A stretch of 63,003 nt of DNA, filler included. It is 6 parts of 6 records of this genome, joined end to end, with 100 filler letters (N's around TTAATTAATTAA, not from the genome) between each part and the next. Parts side by side here need not be neighbours in the genome. Positions count along the whole stretch, not along the records: positions 1 to 13,830 come from SRR9188677_170; 5 more parts are not named here. One strand, given 5' to 3'. Position 1 is the stretch's first letter. Each line of letters begins with the position of its first letter. Made by a program: the position numbers and the translations under genes. The notes beneath the pieces are model-generated. The model was not told the DNA's origin, searched no databases, and worked only from the letters and a program-made list of their open reading frames with translations. Of the stretch, positions 1 to 8,663 are shown in pieces.

Positions 1-50
1 ATGTCGGATTTCAGCTATCGCTATTTAAAACAAGCTAAAATAATAATTCT

Positions 51-83
51 GAAAGCCGAAAGCAGACAGCCGAAAGCCAACAG
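51..83. repeat. Degenerate heptamer tandem repeat
   Basis: GAAAGCC GAAAGCA GACAGCC GAAAGCC AACAG, just upstream of the 2Fe-2S gene. Confidence 0.6.
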
Positions 84-100
84 AAAAAAAATTAACAATC

Positions 101-589
101 ATGGCAAAGTATAATCTCACAGTAAATGGCAAAAAGTATAATGTAGATGCTGATGCCGACACTCCCCTTTTGTGGGTCATTCGTGACCACGTAGGTTTAA
201 AAGGCACAAAGTTTGGTTGTGGTATGGCACTTTGCGGTGCTTGTACTGTTCATTTGGACGGTCAACCGATTCGTTCATGTTCAACGCCAATCTCTACGTT
301 GAAAGCTACTAACAAAATCACGACGATTGAAGGTATTTCTGTGAATACCGATAGCGCTGTTCAAAAAGCTTGGATTGAAGAACAAGTACCACAATGTGGT
401 TATTGTCAGTCAGGGCAAATCATGTCGGCAGTAGCTTTATTGAAGGAAAAGAGTAATCCAACAGACTCAGATATTGATGAAGCGATGTCAGGAAATATTT
501 GTCGTTGTGGTACTTATCCACGTATTCGTAAGGCAATTCATAGAGCAGCCGAATTAATGAAAGATGGTGGTAATTCTACTGGCAAGTAA
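101..589 (+). CDS. (2Fe-2S)-binding small subunit, IorA/CoxS family
   Basis: [14 protein letters not shown] and QCGYCQSG...GNICRCGTY iron-sulfur motifs; adjacent to Mo-binding subunit. Confidence 0.95.
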   Translation: MAKYNLTVNGKKYNVDADADTPLLWVIRDHVGLKGTKFGCGMALCGACTVHLDGQPIRSCSTPISTLKATNKITTIEGISVNTDSAVQKAWIEEQVPQCGYCQSGQIMSAVALLKEKSNPTDSDIDEAMSGNICRCGTYPRIRKAIHRAAELMKDGGNSTGK

Positions 590-607
590 TTTTAAAACCT
601 CAAAAAC

Positions 608-2773
608 ATGACACAGCAAAACTCCCGCAGAGACTTTATAAAAGCCAGCACCATGTTGGCAATTGGTTTCTCATTACCATCAATCGGTAAAGCAGAAAGC
701 CTTCACAAGATTGATACAAGCAGTGCAAGTGCTTTAGGAATAGAATTAAATCCTTACATTTTAATTAATGACGATGGTAAAATTATCCTTTTCAATGCAC
801 GTCCAGATATGGGACAAGGTACTTATCAATCGCTTCCGCTTTTAATTGCAGAAGAATTGGAAGTTACTTTAGACCAAGTAGAAATCAGAAATACAGACGG
901 ACAAGGAAAATATGGCGCACAGCTTTCGGGCGGTTCGTCGTCAGTGCGTACTCGTTGGCTACCAATGCGTAAAGCAGGTGCGGCAGTCAAAGAAATGTTG
1001 ATTACCGCTGCCAGTAAAAAATGGCAAGTACCTGTTTCTGAATGCTATGCTTCAGAAGCAAAAGTATTTCATAAACCATCCGGGAAATCTTATACTTATG
1101 GTGAATTAGTAGAAGAAGCTTCAAAATTAGAAATTCCGAAAGAACCAAAACTAAAAGACCAAAAGGATTTTAAATTGTTGGGAAAATCGGTGCCACGTCC
1201 AGAAATTCCTTCAAAAGTAAATGGAACAGCCGTTTTCGGGATAGATTCAGACATTCCGGGAATGTTATATGCCAGTATCGAACGCTCACCAACCATTCAT
1301 GGGAAAGTTGTTAGCTTCGATGGTTCGGCAGCAATGAAAGTAAAAGGCGTAAAATATGTAGTAAAAACAGAACGTAAAATGCCTCATAAAGCAGTTGAAG
1401 CAGTAGCTGTAATTGCTGATACATATTGGGCAGCCTTGAAAGGCAGAAAAGCTTTGAAAATCAATTGGGATGCACAAGGTTCTGATAAAATTTCAACCGA
1501 TGCTTATTTTGAAAACTTAAGAACTTTAGCCAAAACGGAAGGTGTAGAATACAAAAATGAAAAAGTAGGCGATTTCAATAAAAGTTTTGAAAGTGCTACA
1601 AAAAAAGTAGAAGCACAGTACGAAACACCTTTCTTGGCACATGCACCACTCGAACCAGAAAATGCTACCGTTTGGGTAAAAGGTGATAAAGTAGAAATTT
1701 GGGCGCCTATTCAAGGACCTGACGGATTGATTCCACAAGTAGCACAATATTTGAAAATCAAACCTGAAAATGTAAAAGTAAACGTGCCATTTATGGGCGG
1801 TGCTTTCGGAAGAAAAGCTTATTTCGATTACGTGTTGGAAGCGGCAAATCTTTCAAAACAAGTAAATGCCCCTGTAAAAGTAATTTGGACACGTGAAGAT
1901 GATACTACACAAGGCCCATTCCGTCCGGGAATGTTATCGGCAATGCAAGGCGGTTTGGATGAAAAAGGCAATGTTGTAGCACACAATCATAAAATCGTGG
2001 GTAGCTCAATTCAACACCAAGTATTTGGTAATCCATTGAAAAATGCACCAGATGATTGGGCAATTGAAACAGCCAACACAGAAGATAGTCCTTATGATTT
2101 TGCAAGTCGTAAAGCAAGTTTCCATTTAGCCGAAACTGAGATTCCAATTCTTTGGTGGCGTTCAGTTTATTCTTCAACAACGGCTTTCGGACAAGAATGT
2201 TTTGTTGATGAATTAGCACACGCTGCTAAAACCGACCCATTGGCTTTCCGTTTAGATATGTTGGCAGATGCTCCAAGATTTAGCAGAGTATTACAAACCT
2301 TGGCGAAAAAAACCAATTATCATCAAAAACTTCCCGAAGGACAAGCTATTGGGATAGCTGTTGCTCGTTCATTTGGAACAATTGTAGCTCATGCAGTTAC
2401 CGTTTCAAAAAATGGCAAAGGTGTTAAAATCGAAAAAGTAGTTTCGGTAATCGACTGCGGAATGACGGTGAATCCAGACAATATCAAAGCCCAAACAGAA
2501 GGCAATATTGTAATGGGTTTAACCGCTGCCATTAAAAATGGCATTACTATCAAAGACGGACTAACCGAACAAAGTAATTTCCATCAATACAATGTTTTGA
2601 GAATTAACGAAATGCCAAAAACAGAAGTGTATATTGTAGATAATCAAGAAGCACCAGGAGGCGTAGGCGAACCAGGTTTACCACCATTTGCTCCTGCACT
2701 TTGCAATGCGATTTATAATTTAACAGGTACAAGAATTCGTACTTTACCTTTTGATATTGATAATATTGGGTAG
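608..2773 (+). CDS. Xanthine dehydrogenase family molybdopterin-binding subunit (IorB-like), Tat-exported
   Basis: SRRDFIK twin-arginine motif; DMGQG, GGSSS, GGAFGR, GGVGEPG motifs. Confidence 0.93.
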   Translation: MTQQNSRRDFIKASTMLAIGFSLPSIGKAESLHKIDTSSASALGIELNPYILINDDGKIILFNARPDMGQGTYQSLPLLIAEELEVTLDQVEIRNTDGQGKYGAQLSGGSSSVRTRWLPMRKAGAAVKEMLITAASKKWQVPVSECYASEAKVFHKPSGKSYTYGELVEEASKLEIPKEPKLKDQKDFKLLGKSVPRPEIPSKVNGTAVFGIDSDIPGMLYASIERSPTIHGKVVSFDGSAAMKVKGVKYVVKTERKMPHKAVEAVAVIADTYWAALKGRKALKINWDAQGSDKISTDAYFENLRTLAKTEGVEYKNEKVGDFNKSFESATKKVEAQYETPFLAHAPLEPENATVWVKGDKVEIWAPIQGPDGLIPQVAQYLKIKPENVKVNVPFMGGAFGRKAYFDYVLEAANLSKQVNAPVKVIWTREDDTTQGPFRPGMLSAMQGGLDEKGNVVAHNHKIVGSSIQHQVFGNPLKNAPDDWAIETANTEDSPYDFASRKASFHLAETEIPILWWRSVYSSTTAFGQECFVDELAHAAKTDPLAFRLDMLADAPRFSRVLQTLAKKTNYHQKLPEGQAIGIAVARSFGTIVAHAVTVSKNGKGVKIEKVVSVIDCGMTVNPDNIKAQTEGNIVMGLTAAIKNGITIKDGLTEQSNFHQYNVLRINEMPKTEVYIVDNQEAPGGVGEPGLPPFAPALCNAIYNLTGTRIRTLPFDIDNIG

Positions 2774-2814
2774 GGAAATAATGACAAAATTAGTGCTTTA
2801 ATTCTTGTAAAATC

Positions 2815-2857
2815 AAAGTGCCGTATTCTAGGATAACATCTTAGAATACGGCACTTT
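2815..2857. terminator. Intrinsic, probably bidirectional terminator
   Basis: AAAGTGCCGTATTCTA ... TAGAATACGGCACTTT inverted repeat between convergent genes. Confidence 0.8.
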
Positions 2858-2904
2858 ATTTTATAGCTGCAAAATCATTACAATAGTAATCATCAAAAAA
2901 CACC

Positions 2905-3741
2905 TCACTTAATAAAAATCTGTAAATCAAACACTTGAAGAATAAATACAGCATAACCATGTAATAATAAGTAACTATGTATCAAAGGGAAATAACAACT
3001 AATAAAAGCGAGAAAAAATGTATTTAATCCCATAATTATAGCATTTGTCAAATGAAACAATACCCCAATTACAATAAAACTAATAAATACCTCCTGATTA
3101 CAAAAAATACTAATAAAGAAAAAAGCCTCCCAACAAAAAACAATCCATGATAGCAATCTAGATATTCTAATGTTTTTGGATAATAAATTGTGCCCATAAG
3201 TATTCCCGTAAATATCATTTCCCATAATTCCAACTAATGCCTCTCCATTCCTCCATACTTTGGCAGTTAGTTTGGCATAACCTGAAATAAAATAACTAAA
3301 CAATAATTGTAATGAAATAAATGAAAATACAATATCTCTTACAATAATAGTATTATGGATATAAACCAATAATAAACAAGTAGCTATAATGAAAATTACT
3401 TGATCAGAGCCATCCATTCCATAAGCACTTCTTGCAGAAAAAATCAGCAAACTTAAGGCTATAATAAAATAGCAAGGAGTTAGAATAAACGTAAGGTCGG
3501 TAATAATTGAAATTAAGGAGGTAATGAGAAAAATAACTGTTACTATTTTTATCCCATTGTCAGAACATAGCTTATCAAATATTGGGATTTTTATAAAAAT
3601 AGGATGTCTTAATTGTAAAACATCCCAACTTAATAAATCATGCTTCGGCTTTTTATAAAGCAATTTTTCAAGTGCATAAACAATACAACAAATGCCACAA
3701 ATTAATTTTGTTGAGCTAAGTATTTCTAGTTGAATGTTCAT
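2905..3741 (-). CDS. HTTM / SdpB-like polytopic membrane protein
   Basis: Several TM segments; motifs DGSDQ, YFISGYAKL, WRNGEAL, FHLTNAIIMGLNTFF resemble HTTM/SdpB hallmarks. Confidence 0.75.
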   Translation of the reverse strand: MNIQLEILSSTKLICGICCIVYALEKLLYKKPKHDLLSWDVLQLRHPIFIKIPIFDKLCSDNGIKIVTVIFLITSLISIITDLTFILTPCYFIIALSLLIFSARSAYGMDGSDQVIFIIATCLLLVYIHNTIIVRDIVFSFISLQLLFSYFISGYAKLTAKVWRNGEALVGIMGNDIYGNTYGHNLLSKNIRISRLLSWIVFCWEAFFFISIFCNQEVFISFIVIGVLFHLTNAIIMGLNTFFLAFISCYFPLIHSYLLLHGYAVFILQVFDLQIFIK

Positions 3742-4258
3742 CTTTGATTAAATGTACTTTAGATAAAAGTAATAATTCAGTGTTTTCACTTTTATTAATA
3801 GAACAGCTTGCCATTAAAGCGAACTGAATAAATGAGCATTCATCATTAGTATTGATTTGGGAAATGTAATTAAGTACTGTTAAATACGAAATTGAGCCTA
3901 TTATTACATTTTCATTATCCTTGTTCGTGGATGCTACGTTGGCTAATTCAATAGTTATATCTAAAAATGATTTTCGGGATTTTCGTCCTGGATTCCATAT
4001 CGCATCAAGTAAGCTTCTAGGAGGTAAAAGTTGTATTTCACGCCAAGGAGAAGTATCGCCGTTTTGCAAAAACTCACGATGTAAAATATGATAATTATGC
4101 TTAATTGGAGTTGGGCAAAAGAAACGCCAATCAGGAATAATACCAAAGGGGTCTTTTACTCTTAGCTTATAATTACCAGTCAAAGGAAAATGAAACACAA
4201 CTGTTAATATAAGCCAAGATGAAAAGAACACAAGTATCGCATATTCGTATATATCCAT
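3716..4258 (-). CDS. SdpA-like membrane-anchored protein
   Basis: One N-terminal TM helix followed by IPDWRFFCPTP (W-x-F-F-x-P-x-P type motif); overlaps the SdpB-like gene by 26 nt. Confidence 0.65.
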   Translation of the reverse strand: MDIYEYAILVFFSSWLILTVVFHFPLTGNYKLRVKDPFGIIPDWRFFCPTPIKHNYHILHREFLQNGDTSPWREIQLLPPRSLLDAIWNPGRKSRKSFLDITIELANVASTNKDNENVIIGSISYLTVLNYISQINTNDECSFIQFALMASCSINKSENTELLLLSKVHLIKDEHSTRNT

Positions 4259-4270
4259 TAAACAAATTTA

Positions 4271-5068
4271 TTAATATTTATGAATTAGAAAGTTTCTACG
4301 AATTTTCAATATTTCAGAGGCAGCAGCAGACACACTGATTTGCTTTAAAACAGCATCAGGTAAATGAATATCATAAGGATCAAAAGCATAATTTGGAATC
4401 ACAAAATCTTCATTCCGTTGAGGGCAGCATATACCAGTAGCAAGACTTACAGCAACAGCAATAGCAATTAAACCTGTAGCATAACCGAGTGGATTTGTAC
4501 CAATGTTCAATTCAAATTGATTAACTGGTAGTTGTTTGAGAATATCGGCTTCAGCTTTCGTTAAATTAGGTTCGTGTAAAACAATAAACCCTTGAAGTTC
4601 TTCTTTTAAATTTTCTTTCTTGTAATGTTGGATTAATTTAAAATCTTCTTCTGATATTCTCCCACCATTATAAGGAAAAGATGCACCAACTACTTTTATT
4701 TTTTCTGGAACAAAAAAACCTTCTAAAAGTGTCTTCCCTCCATATCGTACTGAAGCAAGTAAATTCTGTTTTTTTTGAAGCAACACAGCATCTTCTAATG
4801 CTATTTCTTTAATGCCGCTAAATTGCTTCATAAACTTTTCTATAATTATTTGCTCTGTTCCATTCCCCTCTTTTAGATATTTGTACATTTCATCTAAGAG
4901 AGGTTCTCCTTTTTTGGCAATAAACAATGTAGCTGTCCCTTGTTGGGTTAATAGCATTTTACTTTTTTTAAGATCAGGTTGGTACTTTAAAACTTCTAAA
5001 CCAGAAGACTTAAAAGACCTTGATTCTGTTTCAATCGTAGCCAATTTCAATAGTTCTAATGTTTCCAT
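4271..5068 (-). CDS. Hypothetical protein; putative precursor/substrate with hydrophobic Cys-Cys core
   Basis: 265 aa; first gene of the operon; one hydrophobic stretch (aa ~190-216) holds the only two Cys. Confidence 0.55.
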   Translation of the reverse strand: METLELLKLATIETESRSFKSSGLEVLKYQPDLKKSKMLLTQQGTATLFIAKKGEPLLDEMYKYLKEGNGTEQIIIEKFMKQFSGIKEIALEDAVLLQKKQNLLASVRYGGKTLLEGFFVPEKIKVVGASFPYNGGRISEEDFKLIQHYKKENLKEELQGFIVLHEPNLTKAEADILKQLPVNQFELNIGTNPLGYATGLIAIAVAVSLATGICCPQRNEDFVIPNYAFDPYDIHLPDAVLKQISVSAAASEILKIRRNFLIHKY

Positions 5069-5176
5069 TTTTTTATGATTTAATTGTTAAAAGAATTATT
5101 CAATTCTAGCATGGAGTAATGCGCATTCTTTATGAATGATGCTAATATCCATTATTATAACTCATAAGATAAATTG

Positions 5177-5219
5177 AAAAAAAGACGAGTTTGTATATAA
5201 TGAAATCATTCAAACTCAT
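5177..5219 (-). terminator. Putative leader terminator/attenuator
   Basis: Minus strand AUGAGUUUG...CAAACUCGU stem followed by C and a U7 tract, between the promoter and the ATG at 5068. Confidence 0.5.
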
Positions 5220-5349
5220 TCAGGAAGTGGTTATGCTATTGAAGTGGTCGTTGAAACTTTATAAGGCATGATAATCTCAAGTAAATATATACTCATTCAT
5301 CCTCATTTACCTGCGAACGTCAACTACTTGAGTCTATGAATAGACGTTA

Positions 5350-5381
5350 CAAACATAAAAAAATAATATATTAATGTGCAA
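5350..5381 (-). promoter_or_regulatory. Bacteroidota housekeeping-sigma promoter
   Basis: Minus strand TTG-N21-TATGTTTG matches the -33/-7 (TTG / TAnnTTTG) consensus. Confidence 0.55.
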
Positions 5382-5535
5382 GAAATCAGTTAGAAAGTGA
5401 GTCAATTTTTATTAAGCGGTAGTTTATCTAAGATTTTTATTCTTAATGCGAGACTAACATGGATACAAAAGCTAGACTATCGTTAAAAAGGTGGTTAAAA
5501 TTTCACAGAAAGTACAACAATTAAAATAGGTGCTC

Positions 5536-5586
5536 AAAAAAAAACAAGGATATACACTCTAATAAATATTAAAGTGTATATCCTTG
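5536..5586 (-). terminator. Intrinsic terminator of the MFS gene
   Basis: CAAGGATATACACT ... AGTGTATATCCTTG stem with a poly-U tract on the minus strand. Confidence 0.8.
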
Positions 5587-5609
5587 AATCTCTGTTAAGT
5601 TTTTTAATA

Positions 5610-6839
5610 TCAATGCACTAATCCAGCTTCTGCACTGTCTCCAATTTCAACTGTTTCAGTAATTGTTCTTTTGCCTAATAAATAAACTAGGTTAGCAATT
5701 AATGCCGAACCTGCCATTGCGGCAACCATTGGTAAAGTAGATGGTTCATCGAACATACTGATTACGACCGAAATCAAAGAACCCATTCCCATTTGTATTG
5801 CTCCCATCAAGGCTGAGGCTGTTCCTGCATTTTTTGAAAAAGGTGCTAAAGAAAGTGCTGCCATGTTTGGGTTGGCAAAACCAATACAAGAAAGAAAGAG
5901 GAAAAGTAAGAAAAGCGTAATGCCAAGATTAAGCCAATCATTATAAGAAGCAATTAAGAAAATAAACCCAACCAATACTTGTGTTCTGAGTGCTACTTGA
6001 ATAATTTGTTCACTCTTAAATCTACGAAGTACAATATTATTTAACTGACTTGCACCAATAAAACCAATTGATAAAAAGGCAAATATCCACCCATAAACTT
6101 GTTCGCTTACTTTAAAAACATTCATAAAAATCATTGGTGAACCTGAAACGTAAGCAAACAAACCTGCAAAAGAAATTGCTCCAGTTAGTGCATAAGTGTA
6201 AAATTGTGGTTCAACAATTACAGAAATAAAATCACGAATGATAGGTTCTGGCTTTAAAGAATGTGATGGGTCTGGTTTATAGCTATTTGGAAGCCAAAGT
6301 ATTACCGATAAAAGTAATAAAGCACCAATTACAGTTAAAATGATAAAAACGGCTTGCCAACCAAAAGTAGCTGTAACAATTCCGCCAACTGTTGGGGCAA
6401 TCATTGGAGAAACGCCCAAAACTAACATCAATAATGAAAATACTTTAGCACTGTCTTGTACAGGAAAAAGATCTCGTACCATAGCGACTGAAGCAACCGT
6501 AGCAGCACAAGCACCGATGGCTTCGATGAATCTGAGTACAATTAAGCTATCAATATTTTTCACCCAAATACAAGCAATTGAAGCTAAAATATACAATGAA
6601 AGGCCAAAGTATAAAGGTTTTTTTCTACCAAAATGGTCTAATAATGGACCATAAAGTAATTGTCCTGCTGAAATTCCAATAAAAAATCCAGATAATGTAA
6701 GCGATACTTTGGCAGCGCTTGTATTCAAATCTTCTGCAATGGCTGGAAAACCAGGCAAATACATATCAATTGAAAAAGGCGCTAATGCGGTTAAGCTACC
6801 AAGTATTAGAATAAGGGAATAGTAAGTTTTTTTTGACAT
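5610..6839 (-). CDS. Bcr/CflA family multidrug efflux MFS transporter
   Basis: SIDMYLPGFP, GQLLYGPLLDHFGRK, SPMIAPTVGG; about 12 TM segments. Confidence 0.93.
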   Translation of the reverse strand: MSKKTYYSLILILGSLTALAPFSIDMYLPGFPAIAEDLNTSAAKVSLTLSGFFIGISAGQLLYGPLLDHFGRKKPLYFGLSLYILASIACIWVKNIDSLIVLRFIEAIGACAATVASVAMVRDLFPVQDSAKVFSLLMLVLGVSPMIAPTVGGIVTATFGWQAVFIILTVIGALLLLSVILWLPNSYKPDPSHSLKPEPIIRDFISVIVEPQFYTYALTGAISFAGLFAYVSGSPMIFMNVFKVSEQVYGWIFAFLSIGFIGASQLNNIVLRRFKSEQIIQVALRTQVLVGFIFLIASYNDWLNLGITLFLLFLFLSCIGFANPNMAALSLAPFSKNAGTASALMGAIQMGMGSLISVVISMFDEPSTLPMVAAMAGSALIANLVYLLGKRTITETVEIGDSAEAGLVH

Positions 6840-7015
6840 CTTAAATAAATTGGAATAATAAAATCGCTGTTTTTCAGGCTAATAGTTAATCGCTGTCCAG
6901 CCAATTAAGTTCCAAAATTACTAAGAAGATTTGGTTTGATAGGAATGTAATCTTATTGATGAGGGAATAAACTTGTTACCATCTCATTAATTGGATGGTA
7001 ACAAGAACATATTTT

Positions 7016-8428
7016 CTATTTCTTTTTCGTCCAATAATAATAAAAAGGTAAGCCTGTTGCCATCAAACCTAAACCACTAAGTGCTTCGACTGGTTTTTCT
7101 ATTAAAGTATTCACAATTAAAATAACACAGAAAAGTACAAAAATAGCTGGAACGATAGGGTAACCAATTACTTTATAAGGGCGATGCGCTTCTGGCATTT
7201 TTTTACGTAAAACAAACACACCAAAAGCTGTTGCGCCATAAAATATAAAGGCAGCGAAAATTAACATATCGGTCAATTGGTCGAATGTTCCAGACAACAC
7301 CAATAGTGAAGTCCAAATTGCTTGAATAAACAAAGCTCTGGATGGCGTATTATAATCTGGATGAATATAATCTACACTTTTGAAGAACATTTTATCATTC
7401 GCCATCGCATAAAAAAGTCTTGACGCCAACAAAATCGTTGTACTTGCACAGTTGAAAGTAGCCACTAAAATCAATCCTGAAATCAAAATTCCACCCCAAG
7501 AACCTAAGAAATGACTCACTACAGCCACAGCCGCTATTCCATTTTTTGATTCATAAATTTGAATAAAATCATCAATTCGTAAAATATAGAGATACACAAA
7601 ATTCATCGACATGTACAAAGCCATGATGATTAATGTGCCTATGATTAAAGCCAAAGGTAAATTTTTCTGCGGATTTTTCATTTCTCCGCCAATAAAACCA
7701 ACACTTGCCCAACCTTCATAACCCCAAAAAGCACTCAAACAAGCCAAAGCCAACGCTTTAAAAAGCGTAGCGCCCGACATTTCATCTGCGTTGTAACGAA
7801 CACTGTTGGTCGTAATATTTTCTAAACTTCCGTAGTTTGACAGTAAAGCTAAAATAACAATCAACAACATTACGGTAATCATCAAAGCCGTTAATACTCT
7901 ACTGAGGTTTTCACCTAATTTTAATCCTTTGTAATTGAAGTAGGTTAAAAATATAATTAAAGCGATGGCTACTAATTTTACGCTGAGGTTATCGAAAGGA
8001 TGTAATCCTATAAAATTGATTTCAGCCAACGAAGGAGCTGTAGTCGGAAATGGGAAAACACTGTTTAAAGATTGTGAAAACACATAAGCAATCGAAGCAA
8101 TGGATGCTGTACGAATGACAGCGAAGTTGGTCCAACCAAAAAGAAATGCAAAAAAACGATTATAGATTTTACGGAAATATACAAATTCGCCTCCTGAATC
8201 TGCCAACATACTGGCTACTTCGGCATTCGAAAGTGTGCCTGCTAAACTAATCAATCCCGCCACAAGCCATGCAATTAATACTAAGGAAGGAGATTCTAAT
8301 GCGGCTGACATCGGAGCTACTTTCTTGAATACTCCTGTACCAATAACAGAACTGATGATGAGTACTACGGCTGAGGTAAGTCCAATAGAGCGAACTAATT
8401 TTCCTTGATTAGGAGGGGTTGACTTCAT
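7016..8428 (-). CDS. APC family amino acid permease
   Basis: VIGTGVF, GGEFVY, WGYEGW, EMKNPQKNLP motifs; ATG at 8428 preferred over the upstream non-ATG start. Confidence 0.92.
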   Translation of the reverse strand: MKSTPPNQGKLVRSIGLTSAVVLIISSVIGTGVFKKVAPMSAALESPSLVLIAWLVAGLISLAGTLSNAEVASMLADSGGEFVYFRKIYNRFFAFLFGWTNFAVIRTASIASIAYVFSQSLNSVFPFPTTAPSLAEINFIGLHPFDNLSVKLVAIALIIFLTYFNYKGLKLGENLSRVLTALMITVMLLIVILALLSNYGSLENITTNSVRYNADEMSGATLFKALALACLSAFWGYEGWASVGFIGGEMKNPQKNLPLALIIGTLIIMALYMSMNFVYLYILRIDDFIQIYESKNGIAAVAVVSHFLGSWGGILISGLILVATFNCASTTILLASRLFYAMANDKMFFKSVDYIHPDYNTPSRALFIQAIWTSLLVLSGTFDQLTDMLIFAAFIFYGATAFGVFVLRKKMPEAHRPYKVIGYPIVPAIFVLFCVILIVNTLIEKPVEALSGLGLMATGLPFYYYWTKKK

Positions 8429-8663
8429 TTGATGTGGTTTTAAAGGATTGACAATTCTATACAAATTAGTCAATGATTGCAAGAATTACAAAAAAGCAGG
8501 CATTAGTCATTAAAAGATGCTGATAATGTACACAAAAAGTAATGAACCACAAGGTTTGTTTATCTGGTGAATCAGGACAGAAAAACCTACTCTTTCATTA
8601 TTCAATGAATCGAAAAGATTATGGGTATCTTCGCATAAGAATCAATATGTTGAATCATTTGCT

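Noticed and set aside
5610-6839. MFS transporter as exporter or immunity gene of the Sdp-like operon
   Set aside because: Ordinary Bcr/CflA protein with its own strong terminator and host-like composition; no evidence of linkage, though not excluded.
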